Source: Octopus vulgaris (lineage: Eukaryota). Taken from it: DNA of 64,000 bases. Position 1 is the first letter of the stretch; the number at the start of each line of letters is the position of its first letter. Below are positions 39,831-54,318 of the stretch, one piece after another. Where the stretch lies: assembly GCA_951406725.2 (NCBI GenBank), contig OX597814.1, positions 133,858,001-133,922,000 of the forward strand. The letters are read 5' to 3'. The position numbers were made by a program, and so were the translations under genes. The notes below the pieces were generated by a model. The model was not told where the DNA came from. It ran no database searches and worked only from the letters and a program-made list of their open reading frames with translations.

Positions 39831-42102
39831 GTCTGTATTGTTATTCGATAGAATATCCATCAATTTCTGCTTGATTATTTGAACATCAGACAACACATTC
39901 CAGAATGGATGGTCATTGTCAAACAGATCGATCTGTCTTATCGTAATTTCTGTACAGCTGGTCACAACACAAAAGGTTTCTACAATGAAACGAACTGGTT
40001 CTCCTGTGCGTACCTATCCAGCCTGCTTGAACATCTGTCATAGTATCGACATGAAATTCTGTTCCTGCCCTATGATGGTGTGCACTAACGCTTTGAATGA
40101 TATTATTTTTGTTCATTTTTCTGTGCTTTTTTCTGTGCGGGATTGTTGCATCTTAGAAGGGTTGTTTTATTGTCTTTCTAGCAGTGGTTGATTTTAAGTC
40201 CATTTTTTTTTTGCTAGGATCAGTGTGCGTGGTTCAACTGGATTTTTTGCAGAACACTATTCTAGCATGATATCACATTTCAGCGTTTGTTGCGAGAATA
40301 ACTTGCAATGTTAATAATTCTCTGGATTCATCCTAATTTTATAGAGTAAAAATAGAATGAAATGAACAACAAAAATAAGCAGCTTAAAATGGAACCCTGC
40401 AACTTAGTGCTAAACATTGTTCTTTTTTCGGAAGCCTGACATTACATCCATCTTTAGTATTTGTAGGAAGTATATCATGCTCTGTTACATAATTCTTTCA
40501 AATAACAAAATATGAAGGAAATTAACAATAAATAATCAGCTTACCAGAACACCCTACTAGGACACCCTGCGACTTAAGAACTGCTCATTCATAATTTATC
40601 CTAAGGACAATTTCTAGCCACAGCAGATTAATAATTATGCTAAAGATAATCGAAAGATCTCAAAAATGAACATATTGAGACATTGCTCAGTATAGTCGTA
40701 CACAAGATGGGCACAAACATACAGTCGCACAAATACATTCATATACATTCATGCATTAATGCTATCTAGTATGTAAACAACCTATTATAAGTGAAAAACT
40801 TCACATATCAACTGAAATACTGATTTCTAAATTTCATTAGATTAAATAGACTTCAGTCTTTCATTGGTACATTTATATGTCGGTCTACACACCGTGTGAA
40901 TTTGAATTTAAAAACTAAAATAGGATAACTATATAACAATTATTTAACAATAATTTATTGATATAAATAATCAGGAGTGGTACCAACCTTCCTTCTTTCT
41001 TAAAGCTTCGTAAAATATTTCATAATCAATCAGAATACATTGATATTACATTTGATTATTTTTATTGCTGCTAAATATTCTAAATTGTCATAAAGTAACA
41101 TGATATTCAAGGATTTACTGTCCTACGGTAAACACAGCACTTAGATAAATGCAGATCTCCATTTAAAGGTAAATGACAACATATATATGTATATGAGGTG
41201 ATCAAATCAAAAATTCAAGCCGTTCGAACGTTATGCCTTTCCTCGAAACTATGGATTTAAACCTCTTTATACACTACTTGCTCTCTTTTAGGCCGATCAC
41301 TATTCACGCGAAGTCAATTTGTTATTTAGTTCCGTTCTTCTAGTATAAACTTTTTCAGCATTATGAAATGAAACTTAAATTTTGCCATGTTTAACAAACT
41401 CACTATATAAACTTTGACGATCAGGATGTCCTTGAGGATGATTGACATATGAGAAAATGTACAAACTATAAAATCCATTCATTTCCCTTCTCAAAATTTC
41501 CATTTCAATTCTAACCAGCATTCAGTTCTATCTAGCATTCTGTATCAGACAGTATCAGACAAACCATCGCCTTGGAGGCAATGAGTTTGTTCCTTTTTTT
41601 TATTTCAAAATATCCCAGTAACAAAGTGTATTCTAAGCAATGTTATTGGTATCAAAGCATTTAATTATTCACGGTATTGTAATCAGAAACGGATTAGAGA
41701 GTCACGCTGAGATATTTTATTCTTCCAGTTTATTATATTTTTTGTCTAAAGATAACTGTCAGACAAGACATAAAATGAAAAAAATTTAATCCATGGTTTT
41801 GATGCATTAAACTGTTCTTCTTTTATGTTTAGCTATAGTTAGGATTATTTTAATTTATTTTTCTTTGTTTTCTATTTGGTTAAAGTTAAATATTAACATT
41901 TAATACTTTGAAGAATATGATGAATTTTTATATTTGGAAACTATTCTCAATGTTATGCCGCAAGGAAAATATCGAAAAATATTCCAGAACGGAATGAAAC
42001 TTGTTATGTGCATATGTATTTTTGTACATATGTGTGTGTGTGTGTGTGTACTTACACACACACATATGTATAAACATTACATATGTATGAGTATGTGAAT
42101 AC

Positions 42103-42136
<34 letters not shown>

Positions 42137-42221
42137 AGCTACACACGCCTTCATATATATGTGAGGGAGAACAATCTTTGCACCTATATAAGAATCTATA
42201 GTGCTTTGTATGAGGAGAAAT

Positions 42222-42437
42222 ACTGATTTCAAATTTTGACACAAGGCCAGCAATTTCGGGTGAGGGATAAGTCGATCACATCCACCTCAGTTTTCAACTG
42301 GTACTTATTTCATCAACCTCTAAAGAATGAAAGGCAAAGTCGACCTCAGCGAAATTTGAACTCAAAACGTGAAAACAGACAAAATGCGGCCAAGCATTTT
42401 GCGCGGCGTGCTAACGATTCTGCCAGCTGACCACCTT
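42222..42437 (-). mobile_element. SINE family B, alternative-tail subfamily
   Basis: Same head and body as the 36587 copy, but the tail reads GAAATTGCTGGCCTTGTGTCAAAATTTGAAATCA. Confidence 0.88.
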
Positions 42438-42538
42438 ACATGTAAGATGATAAATATTACAAATGTTCGTTATCAGGATAATAGATCCTCTCGACTAGAA
42501 GAAACGCACGCTCATACTCGCATAGACTCAAGTACATG

Positions 42539-42569
<31 letters not shown>

Positions 42570-42610
42570 ATACGTATACAAATAAATGCAAATTGGCGTT
42601 CTAAATATAT

Positions 42611-43178
42611 ATTACTTTATTTCCCACAGGGGCTAAACATAAAGGAAATAAACAAGGATTAAGTCGATTTCATCGCCCTCAGTGCGTAACTGGTACATAT
42701 TTAATCGACCCCGAAAGAATGAAAGGCAATTCTAACTCAAACGAAATACCTATTTCTTTACTACCCACAAGGGCCTAAACACAGAAGGGACAAACAAGGA
42801 CAGACAAACGGATTAAGTCGATTATATCGACCCCAGTGTGTAACTAGTACTTATTTAATCGAGCCCGAAAGGATGAAGAGCAAAGTCGACCTCGGCGGAA
42901 TTTGAACTCAGAATGTAGCGGTAGACGAAATACCTATTTCTATTTCTTTACTACCCACAAGAGGCTAAACACAGAGAGGACAAACAAGGACAGATAAACG
43001 GATTAAGTCGATTATATCGACCCCAGTGTGTAACTGGTACTTATTTAATCAACCCCGAAAGGATGAAAGGCAAAGTCGATCTTGACGGAATTTGAACTCA
43101 GAACGTAACTGCGATAGACGAAATACTGCTAAGCATTTCGCCCAGCGCGCTACCGCTTCTGCCAGCTCGCCACCCTAT
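42611..43178 (-). mobile_element. Trimeric SINE family B with 18-bp TSD
   Basis: TTGGCGTTCTAAATATAT at 42593-42610 and 43179-43196. One headed unit plus two units that restart at GTATTTCGT. Confidence 0.92.
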
Positions 43179-43224
43179 TTGGCGTTCTAAATATATGAAA
43201 GAAAAACATTTTTTTTTTTTTTAA

Positions 43225-43631
43225 ATATGAAAGCCAGTGTCTGACGAACATCTCTATTGAGTACCGTTCGACAAGAGATAGGCCCCGGAGAGCAGTAGCT
43301 AGTTTCGATCCTCACTTCAAACCAACACATTAGCTTTCTCATTTACAGCTAACCTAATAGCAAACTTACCTCAAACTATTTAATTTCCAATTGTTTTATT
43401 TTTCTTAATTTGCTTCTAATATTTAAGTACATTGTTGATTTCGCAATAGCTCTACAGAAATTTCTGAGGGATTGTATAGAGACATATTTATACAATACTC
43501 TATCATAAAGTTCTTTCTTATTCACGTAAATACTTTGCTTTTTATTAACAATTTTGTGTTTCTTTACAAAACTAGCTTCATATATCGATTTTTTAACATT
43601 CAAGTCTTCTTGCTTCACTTGCCAATACCTT

Positions 43632-43640
<9 letters not shown>
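43225..43640 (-). mobile_element. Possible Penelope-like 3' remnant
   Basis: LNVKKSIYEASFVKKHKIVNKKQ resembles a GIY-YIG C-terminal E..I...LN segment. Abuts (TA)n, with a GAAACTAG motif near 43300. Confidence 0.35.
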
Positions 43641-43705
<65 letters not shown>

Positions 43706-45804
43706 AGTACACTATATTTTTTTATATATGCCAGTATATCTCTTCTGTATAAATCCATTTTAAATACCACTATAAATACAGTATTTCACATCTTAAGTAT
43801 AGTTATAATGTTGGTATGTTGTACTGACTTCCTGATTCCGTTTATTCATTTTAATTAAATTCTTCCCGTTTTTATGTCTACCTTTCTAAAGAGATTATTG
43901 ATAAGAGTAAAGCAAATATCCATGTCCTTTCTTAAGGTCGCCGATACTGGTGAGAGAAAATGGAAGAAGCCGATTCATGGGTTACTGTATAGGGAAGCAA
44001 TCATTCAAGATATCGAGATATTCTAGGACCGGGTACCTCCCTCTGCTAATTGTAACACAGTGGACACCGCTTAACTGCACACTGCAAATGGTGGTGTTAA
44101 ACCGGCTAAAAGATTAGCCCTAACATATTAAATTGAGAAATAGCTTCTCAGATTTCCTATTGATTGCTCTCTCGATGTCACTTCAGAACAATTTAATGTT
44201 ATATATATCAGCGTTCATTATATTTTCTTGCCGTCAGTTACTTCTAAAGAAGATGTTTCTTTTATTTTTACCTCTTAACTCATTCTTGAGTGCAATTAAC
44301 TTCTGTTCAAGTTTTCTCGACTGTCTGTTTTCGAATGTCGCTATCGTTTTGTTTCAAAATAATATTTTCCCACGGGCAAAATTATATTGTTTTCACACTT
44401 AATTGTTGTCCTTATTTAACCAATATTTTTCCATTGAATAAAATTTAATTTTTTTCAGTCTTAAATATCTGGGATGGTTTTCTTATGTAGCTTTAAAACT
44501 GTCTCTCCCTTCCATACATTCAGCGTATGATTTAGTCGTCATTGCAGTAGAGTATTATATAACATAATTTATTTCTGACAAAGCTATTTTGCTGGTTTGC
44601 GTGTATGCTAAACATTTACTGTCAATCACAGTCAACGTTAGCATTACATGTCTCTTTTCAGCAGAGGTTAGATAAGTTCATTTTCATACAAATAGTTTTA
44701 GAACAAAACATTTTGATGGAACTTTTTTTCGAAACTATGATAACTGTCATAGTCGCATCGTCGTTCGAACACAGTTATCTCTACAGTTGAATGCTAAAAT
44801 TATTTATCGTGTATTTGATATATATAAATATACATCAAATACACGTTAATTTGATGTCATAAATATTACTTAGACTAATTGGGAAGATTAGAGGATTTAT
44901 GATCAGCAAATTGTCATAAATTTCATGATGAATTTATGACAATACAAGAAAGAATTCAGAAGAATCTAAAATGCAATGGACCAATTAATGATCGTTCTTG
45001 ATATTCAATTATGTGCTGTCAAATGAAAAAAGATAAAATTAGTTCCTAAACAATCTTTACAACTATACTGAGTGTATTTGTGAGTTTCATTTGTTGAGAT
45101 TCTATTTTATATTGTATGCTGGGGCTAAAATTATTGTATTGCGGTTGACTAATTTTAGCCATTGAAAATACAGTACTTTATCATATTCATTTTTATTTCT
45201 TAATGATTTTGTTACGTATCTATTACTGAAAACTTATGTAGTTACAGATCAGTGTTTTATCATACGTCTTCGACCTGGGTTTAAATATTCTATTTCACTT
45301 TATCTCTAATTATACCTCTGTTTAGATATATTAATAATGGATTACGCTATAAGCTGTGTAATTAACGTTTATTAGTCTACTCAGTGACAACTTCAAGATT
45401 GTTAAGTAGATTAAAATTAGATCGAATTATGTTGGTGTTGTGAATGGAAACGATTATTGTAAGCAACTGAAACCAAGCAGCTGGTGTTTAAGAACAGACT
45501 GTAGTAGTTTTATGTTAGTTAATTAAACGAGAAGAGGTGCTGGAGTTCCTACATTGATTTGCATATTATTTGCGTTATTAAAACTTATCAAAGAATTATT
45601 GTTGATGATCAACTGCCTACAACCAAATTAGAAACGAGGGCTGGTTCCTAAATCACGAATAAAAGCTACCGTACAAGACTGAAAGAATTTAATATTAATG
45701 TAATTAGTTAAAATTTTGCTGGTATTTCGAGGACTTTCAAAATGTTAAGTCTTATGCTGATTTGTGCAGAAGAAGTAGGAGGGAGGGTGAAGAGGAGGGA
45801 GCGG

Positions 45805-45907
45805 AGAAGAAGAAGAAGAAGAAGAAGAAGAAGAAGAAGGATGAGGAGGAGGGGAGGGGGAGAAGAAGAAGAAAAAGAAGAAGAAGAAGAAGAAGAAGAA
45901 GAAGAAG

Positions 45908-45937
<30 letters not shown>
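45805..45937. repeat. (GAA)n / purine-rich microsatellite
   Basis: Read directly. Confidence 0.97.
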
Positions 45938-45938
<1 letters not shown>

Positions 45939-46519
45939 GACGGTGGTGGCGGCAGATGAAAGGATATGAGATTGTGGGCAAACCGTTGCGATCTAATTCA
46001 TTTTGTCAATTACAAAGCTGTCCACTTCTCAAAACGTTGTGTCCATTCGTGCGGAAGCAGTCTTGTTACTTTCTACATTTGCAAAACCAAACTATTTCAG
46101 TAAAGAAAGAAAACATGACCCATAATGTTTTTGATATTATCAGGCCACAAGATACTACACCTTGAATGTTGCTATTGGCTGTAACATGACCAATAATCAC
46201 GTGCTGTATACATGAGGTTAAATTGAAAGGTCATCTCAGAAATGGAAAAACATCTAGAGATTTATAAATAAATAAAATATAATTTTCAGATACTTGAGAA
46301 ATAAAATCAATAAAAATGAAGCCAGATAAAATCATTTGAACTTATTAAAATTATCAGAATGCAAACAGAAATTTAATAAAAATGTGTGTGCATATACTCA
46401 AATCGACCTTATGTATACGTATGCATAAGTATATGTATAAAATATACATACATACATGCATGCAGTGTAAAGTACTTTTATATCGCGATATGTAGCTAAA
46501 ATTACAATGGTGTACTTAC

Positions 46520-46567
46520 CAGCGATTTCGATTGCTGAAGAGGAAGTGCAGGGCAGTGATGGGGGAA
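46520..46567 (-). other. Candidate 48-nt symmetric exon
   Basis: Minus strand: TTTGCAG|TTCCCCCATCACTGCCCTGCACTTCCTCTTCAGCAATCGAAATCGCTG|GTAAGT. A GC-rich island with no stop in any frame; the pyrimidine tract is weak. Confidence 0.35.
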
Positions 46568-46689
46568 CTGCAAATCCGTCATCATAATTTATTACTTTTT
46601 CTTAGTTCTCCCTATAATGTGTGCGTGTGTACGCTCGCGTGCGAGTGTGTGTGTGTATGAAGAGTGTGTCTGTGTCTCTGTGTGTGATG

Positions 46690-46692
<3 letters not shown>

Positions 46693-46760
<68 letters not shown>

Positions 46761-46768
46761 GTGTGTGT
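46693..46768. repeat. (TG)n microsatellite
   Basis: Read directly. Confidence 0.97.
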
Positions 46769-46989
46769 GCCCACAAAATAACATTATTTTGGAATAAAAC
46801 AAAATCGATTCTGTTGGAAGCTGTGAATTATGAATATCAGTTGAAATGTATAAACATCAAATACATATGATGGAAAAACATTTCTTATTTGTAAAGGCTT
46901 CTTCAATTTCGTCTTAAAGTCTCAAGTTGAAACTAAAACTTTTGAACTATTTATGAATTCGGGAAAATAGTCAATGAAACAAGAATGCC

Positions 46990-47372
46990 TTAACCAGGTA
47001 TATTAACAGTCTGAAGTTGAGCGCCTTCCACCAATAATGTCTATGCAGAATATGCAAGATCTCACACAGGAACAAAATCACAAATACTAAACTCGCGAAG
47101 AGAGTCATTCTGCACAGCTTGCAGGAGATTGGGACGGAAAGGAGAGCAAGATTTGCAGGACATGTTTTCCGATTGCTGGAAGGATAAATACCCAAGACAG
47201 CTATACAATGGGCACTACCAATGGGACAAAGAAAGAGGAGGAAACCCAGGAAGGCATGGCACGCCGCCTTCAAAGAAGATCTGAGTAACATCGCCTGGGT
47301 AGATGCAGCTGTAATTATTCAAGATGCCTTGCTATCCAATGTGCAGGTCAATTGTACGGAAGGAACTAAGGG
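46990..47372 (+). mobile_element. RTE LINE 3' fragment
   Basis: KLSAFHQ*CLCRICKI...RRARFAGHVFRL...PKTAIQW..GQRKRRKPRKAW..FKEDL is a typical RTE ORF C-terminus. Confidence 0.85.
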
Positions 47373-47713
47373 TGAGATAAAGATTATCAGAAATATGTCG
47401 CAAATGAAAACAGTAAGCTGCAGACTTCAGAATTATAACCATACATATTCAGAAAAATAAAAATATTTTGTGATCGTTCTCCCATTAAACAATATTTCTC
47501 AATATGGTGTATAATGCATGAAAAATATTTTACAATTTATGCGTTTACTATTACAAGTGTGCGTCAGTTATTTTATTCATGTTCTTGAAGCCAATTCAGT
47601 TCACTTCAATTGCGATTTGAATGTTCTTCAGTACGATATGAAACTCGCACAAATTCCTTATTACAAACACACGCACGCACATACACACATACATACATAT
47701 ACATACATACACA

Positions 47714-47802
<89 letters not shown>

Positions 47803-48920
47803 AAATATACATACATACACAAACGTACATATGTATGGATGCAAGCTTGTAAGTTTTACGTATATATGTTTATGTTTGTGTGCGTGTGTGCATTATGTCT
47901 AAGCAAGAAATCAATGTGTACTGAAATAGAAATAGCAGAACATTATACTTGTTAAACAATGATCTCAGGTTACAAACACTTCAAAAGCCAGGCTAAGCAA
48001 AACTGTATTATTGCTATTGCACGGAACGAAGTACATTTTAAATGTTACGTGTGTTAAAACAGGAATTATTTCTTTGTTTAAAAATATTGCCATAGTGATA
48101 GTGTTGTTGGTGGCTGTGTATAACTACCAAGTAATTTCTGATCTAGTTGATGTTGTTCCAACTATGGGCATCACGTCTTTTATACAAAGTTTGGTTGATG
48201 TATCAAGTACTACTTTACCTAAAACATTACTGTTTAAAAATTATCATTTGTGGGTTGAGTTTTCTAGCAAGTCGTGCGACTATGTAGAGGTTGCCTGTTG
48301 ACCTCTCCATAAGTTATGTGTTTTTATATTTGGTATTGAAGTCGCCGTATATAAATTGTCAGATTAAGTCGGATAGACTCCTACAATGCACATTTGCAGC
48401 TTGTTTATTGAAACATTAAAAGTTTAGACAATGTTTAAATGGTTATTTAGAGTGTGAGTTTTTGAGACATAAAGGCATGGCAGTTTACCTTTTAAAGCAG
48501 AAATGACTGTATGGATTTAGTCATAGACCAAAATAATATTGGGAGTTGAATTTAATTGTTTGATGGCCAAATGCTGACGATTTATTGTCTCTGTTGCACA
48601 ATGCTTATGAAAAAAGTATTTAAATCTAGTTTACTGGTTTGATGTAAATAGGATCTTCAAGCAAGATAGATCTTACGGTAACTACGGAATGCAAATAAAT
48701 AAAACGTAGACGCTGATTAGTTTGATGTGAATTTTCATTCCTGCTCTGAGATGAGCTATTTACAATGGCAATATAGATTTTATGGGAATATAGTCTTAGA
48801 CAACAGAGGAATCTCACGTTCATGTTTTTAAATTTTTTGTCTTTTCTCAGTAATGCAGGGTTAATAAGCACTTAAAGGCAATTCTAAAACCAAAGAAATC
48901 TTTGCCAACCAGAGTTTTAA

Positions 48921-48952
<32 letters not shown>

Positions 48953-49239
48953 CTCTCTCTTTCTCGCTCTCAGACATACTCTCTCAATGTGTGTGCGTAT
49001 TCGTGTATCTGTCCATGCGTGTGTAATCAACAAATAAACTAAACCTTATGAGAGAATAATATAATTTTGGCCAAATTTAAAATTAAGAGTAAAACAAATT
49101 ATACTATGGATAAAAGTGATTGCAATTATAACAGGCGGCAGTCAATTTAAGTCAATTTGATATCAGAATACACTAAAGAAAATTTGATTCTCGATTAGAG
49201 ATAGAATTGTCTATTTAGACTTTTTAATAATTACATTTG

Positions 49240-49900
49240 TTTATAGCATTTAAGCTCATAGTTGAGCTCCGGCGTTAAAACAGCAGTTTGACTGGGAATA
49301 TTTGGCCACTTATTATCAATATGAAAGAGCCGGTGAAGTATTGCATATTTGAAGAAATAGATGAAGGGATTGTAATATCAGTGCCGATTGTAATATCAGT
49401 GCCGATATTTGAGCCGTTATTTGAGCATTAGTAATATTTGTGAAGTCAAATCGCTTCAATTAGAAATCTTATCTTTGTCGCGGTCTCACCAGAAGAGGAC
49501 AAACCGCGTAAGTCTGTACCATGCTTCACAATATCTGGCTAACTAAGTATTTCATAGTTGACCAAGCTGGTCCTCTTCAGAAAGTGTGTAGAGAGTATTC
49601 TCTGTAGAGCCTAAATCGTAACTAAAAAAGAAAAAGCCTTAAAAATCTTCTCGATGAGGAGACTGGAGTCTTATCAAGACGATGATTATGAGATGCCTCA
49701 AAGCATCTTACAACGTGAACACAAAACCAAACAGAAAATTTAGGAACACATTCCACCCATATCTACTGTTGTTGCTCAATATAGGGCAGTCTTCGCTATC
49801 TATTGCTGAACATTAAGCCATATTGTAAGTTATAGTTTCGAGCCTTCCACACACTAATGAGAATAAAGATGACTCACATTCAAAGGTGTTATTGGTAAAG
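49240..49900 (+). mobile_element. Possible Tc1-like transposase remnant
   Basis: Only weak GRPRK-like and TIMRCLK fragments; very degraded. Confidence 0.3.
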
Positions 49901-50329
49901 ACACACGACATGAAAATAAAGACTTACTGATGGTAATGGGAGGGCAGAGATTCTTGGCCTTGACTGGTGTAACGCATCGTTATTGCAACCGCTTGTAGAA
50001 AACCTATGTTTTAACTAATCTGGTCTGGAAGAAGAGGCTGTTCCTTCGGTTTTCACAGGCCTGCTAAGATTGGTGAAACCGACACATTTAGCTTTTCTTT
50101 TGAATAGTAACGAGATTACGTATACAGAAAAAGAAACATCTACGTCGAAGGAGTTCTGAGAACGAAGGATTGGAGTAGTTTTTAGGGCAAAATCTGATGG
50201 ATACAATATGGAAGAAGAAACGAAGAAAAGACTAGTTAAATGATGGGTTTGAATGAAGCAAACTAGCTCCGAATAGCAGCGGACTCTGTAGTGGCAGAAG
50301 AATTAAGATTATTTCAATAAGTATTAATA

Positions 50330-50496
50330 TCGTTTTCACATTTAGGCACAAGGCCAGCAATTTTGAGGGAAGGGTAAGTCGATTACATCAACCCCGGTGT
50401 CCAACTAGTACTTATTTTATCAACTCCAAACTGATGAAAGTCGACTTCAGCGGAATTTGAACTCAGAACGTTAGGACGGATGAAATGCTGCTAAGA
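50330..50496 (-). mobile_element. SINE family B, alternative-tail subfamily, partial
   Basis: GGCACAAGGCCAGCAATTTT...AAGTCGATTACATC...GGAATTTGAACTCAGAACG. Confidence 0.85.
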
Positions 50497-51559
50497 ACAA
50501 GTGGTAATATCAACGAAAAATCTAGATCAGAAAACCAGTTGTAATTCTTCATCTCATGAACAAATTCACCTTTCGTTTCCATCAAGCTGCAGACTTCTTT
50601 TCGGAGGCTTTGAATCTTCTTGGAATTAATAGTGCTTTACAGACTAACAATTTTAAAGTGAATTTCTTTGAAAACATCACAGCTGACAATGGCGTGTGTT
50701 TTTATTTTTCTAATACGTTTAACGACAATACAACAGCTATTATTCAGTAATGGAGAGTATCGATTTTAATAATTAGCAATATCAATGCTTTATAATACTT
50801 CATCAAATAGCAATAAATTGATAAAAATAACGAAATTATTCAAGCATTTAATAGCTATCCCACCCTATTTGGTACTAAGTACACCAGCCCTCAATCGAGA
50901 GATAAAATGAGAGATTGGGTGAGAGTGAAAAGAAATTTTGCTTTTATGTTGATATAATTATGAAATTAAGCGTGCTTTACCGGTACGTGTGTTGTTCATG
51001 GCTATACTGTAATATAATTGCGTTGCACCAACTGGACATTACACCACTGCTTGCAGCCCTGAACTTAAATCATAAACGGGTTAAACTTAATAGTTTCATC
51101 TAACTGTTTATCCTTTATACCTATTATCCACCTGCATGAAAAGAAATTCTGTCATCAAAACATATGAGTGGTAACATTGGCTTTCTATTTCTCTTAAGAA
51201 ATAGTATGCTTATTACTGGCAATAGAAAAGAAAATGTTTTACTGAATTTAACATGCAGATGAAATGTAGGAAGAAATTTTACAAAATTTCTATACATAAA
51301 ATGCCCTACAATGATATCAAGACCACAAAGAAATGCATTGTATTTATATGATACAATATTCGAATATCTTTTCATTTCAACCTATACAGATATACGCTAC
51401 AAAAAACGCTATATTTCCTTCCTATCTGCAACGATTACGACTTCAAGAGGATGAAATTTATATTAGATTTTCCTTCACTTTACGAACATAAAACTTCAAA
51501 GTGGTGATAGAGAAAACTACTTTTCATGTACGTTTCACAAAGATATTAGCGACTTTCGA

Positions 51560-51880
51560 ATCAATTCATAAAATCGTTTCGCAAGTAATCTGCTAATAGA
51601 AGCATAACATGGAATTTAAATTATTCGGGAATCTATGACCAGCGGAAACTTACCTCTGATTCTATGACACTCTCCGCATAAGCATTTCAAGAATCCGTTC
51701 TTCACTTTGTGCAAAAACATATTACGTTTTGAGAAGGGAAATTAAATGTTGGAACTTTCATGATTTTCCACAGAGACATGAATACCGAAGAGGTTATGCT
51801 TAGACTACAAGCATCGCCGCGAATCCCTCGAATATTGTGTGCAAATAGTGAAAGGAATCACTTTTATACGAATATGGGAT
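51560..51880 (+). mobile_element. Possible mariner transposase C-terminal remnant
   Basis: Weak similarity to the PDL.P.D..LF and CV...G.HF end motifs. Confidence 0.3.
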
Positions 51881-52293
51881 TTAGTAGATGTCTAAATTGA
51901 TACATGAGAATTAAACTGAACAAAGTGTGTATTTTATTTACATTCATCTGTTTCGTATTGTTGCTGTTATCTACATTACATATGTTTATTTCAGTCTTAC
52001 ATTAGTTTTTGATGATACTAATACAACATATTTATATTAACGGGTTAACAACTGACATCGCATTATCTTAAGTTGGAAATATCAGACATCTTCATTTCAC
52101 TTTTATATCGTTTGTAAATCATTTTATTGTTAGCCACCTATTGATAATTGAATATTGATAGACACCAACACATTGAATTATGTCTTCACACGGTGAATTT
52201 AAAATTAAATTTGGTATTGATGTAACACAAGCTCACATAAACATACGGACAGTCGCTTACACATTCGCACACACGCAATCACACACATACATA

Positions 52294-52456
52294 GGCGCAG
52301 GCGCGACTGTTTGGTAAGAAGCTTGCTTCCCAACCATATTGTTGCAGGTTCAGTTCCACTGCGTGGAACTTTGGACAGGTTATCTTCTATTATGGCCTCA
52401 GAGCAACCAAAGCCTTGTTAGTGGATTTGGTAGACAGAAATTGAAAGAAGCCCGTC

Positions 52457-52527
<71 letters not shown>

Positions 52528-52760
52528 TATAACTATGGGTGTATATGCTTTTGTGTTTCTGCTTTCCCCACCACCGCTTGACAACCGATATTGGTGTATT
52601 TATGTCCTTGCAACTTAAAGGATCGGCAAAAGATTTCGAAAGAATAAGTACCGGGCTTATAAAAAAAGTATTAGGGTCGATTCATTCAGCTAAATATTTT
52701 TCAATGCGGTGCCCCAGCATAGCCATAGTCTAATAACTGAAACAAGTAAAAGATCAAAGA
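52294..52760 (+). mobile_element. SINE family A with internal (TA)n(TATG)n
   Basis: Colinear with the 17123 and 61199 copies. Confidence 0.9.
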
Positions 52761-54224
52761 TATGTGTGTACACGTGCGCGCGTGTGTGTGTTTGTGTGCG
52801 TGTATCAACAGAAAAAATACAAGGAGAAAAGTTAGACGAGAGCAGAGTAAACAGGAAAGTAGACGACAACTAAACGGACGGAAAATTAGATGACAACATG
52901 ATGCACGAAATATTCACCGCTGGGTTTTCGTCTTCAGTCAAGGACGCAAAATATCATAGCAGTTTCACGCCAAATACTTTTGATAACGCTCAGTTTTGCA
53001 GGCGCCTGTACTTTATTAAGCTACTGGGAAAAAGCTAGCGAATATGTGCTATGACAGAAACAAGCAAGATATTACATAAATACAATAGACAACGAGTTAA
53101 GCATATATAACACCACTAAGCCTTACTGTCCATATTATTGACCGTGAGATACAATTTTCAATGATGTAATTTGCGATTTTATTGCAAGAATGTATGTAAT
53201 ATAGCCATCTCAATTTGAATTTTCTAACACTGTATAACACCGATATAGTACTATACTTTATTGAAAGTCTAAGTTTGTCTGGAGACACTCGTGACTCAAA
53301 AAATAATTGTATTGCTACTAAGAGTTACACATATATCGCGTTTACTAGGTAGTGAAGAATTGTTGGTTGCATTGCTGCTAAAGATGTTTTAGGAAGAAAC
53401 AGAATCAAGTGTAATGTTGACGTTAAATCGAGATGTATTATTTACGCAGGAGATAGAGACAAACAAACTATTAGGATGATAAGAAACACGTACTTAATTT
53501 CTGATATTGTTTAATATTGTATTTATAACCGTATATATCAATGTTCAAGCATTTATGATATGAATAGGTTTCCATTAATATTGCATAATGCATATTGATT
53601 GTTTATATATTTTCCAGCATGTTAAACAATTTAACCAGTTATTGAATCGATCGGAACTGAATAATATAAGTGGTACCAAGATCTTAATTTATATATGTAT
53701 TCTATTGGATATATAAAGTGTATCATGTGTATACATTTAGGTGTACGACTGCTGCTGGTGACTTTAGAGCTGCACGTTTAGAATCGTCGTCCAATCTATT
53801 GCCTGTGTGGTAGTGTAGTTACTGCTGTACTAGGTAATATTATTTCTTATGATATATAGAACATATGTAGGAGAGATTATGATATATTATGATAAATACA
53901 ACTGTATATCATTTGTTCCCAATGTACGGTTCATACTTGCGGTTATTCCCAAACTCTGCATTGGTTATTCCAGGTCCAGTTGGGTGTTGAACCGCAAAAG
54001 ATCATCAGGGAAGTGCTCTAATGCTTTTTTCACACAAATTGAATCGGACATTTTATCTGTGTGACATAATGCAATAAAGTGTTTCCTTTATGACCTGTTG
54101 TGGTTCAGCATACAATTCCCCTTGGAACATCCAGTGCGGAGTTTGCGAATAAACACAAGGCTGAAACATACGTAGGGAACCAATAATATAATCTTGTGCT
54201 TATCATAATTTATCACAATTTTTG

Positions 54225-54316
<92 letters not shown>
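54225..54316. repeat. (GATA)n microsatellite
   Basis: Read directly. Confidence 0.98.

Positions 54317-54318
<2 letters not shown>

Noticed and set aside
39900-40330. ORFs 39916-40191(+) and 39919-40116(-)
   Set aside because: No recognisable domain or splice context; probably a decayed repeat, left unassigned.
40545-40600. Minus-strand exon candidate with a GTAAGC donor
   Set aside because: There are stops in all frames from the best acceptor.
42611-43178. Regularly spaced repeats suggestive of a CRISPR array
   Set aside because: The units are long SINE bodies with no unique spacers, there are no cas genes, and the context is eukaryotic.
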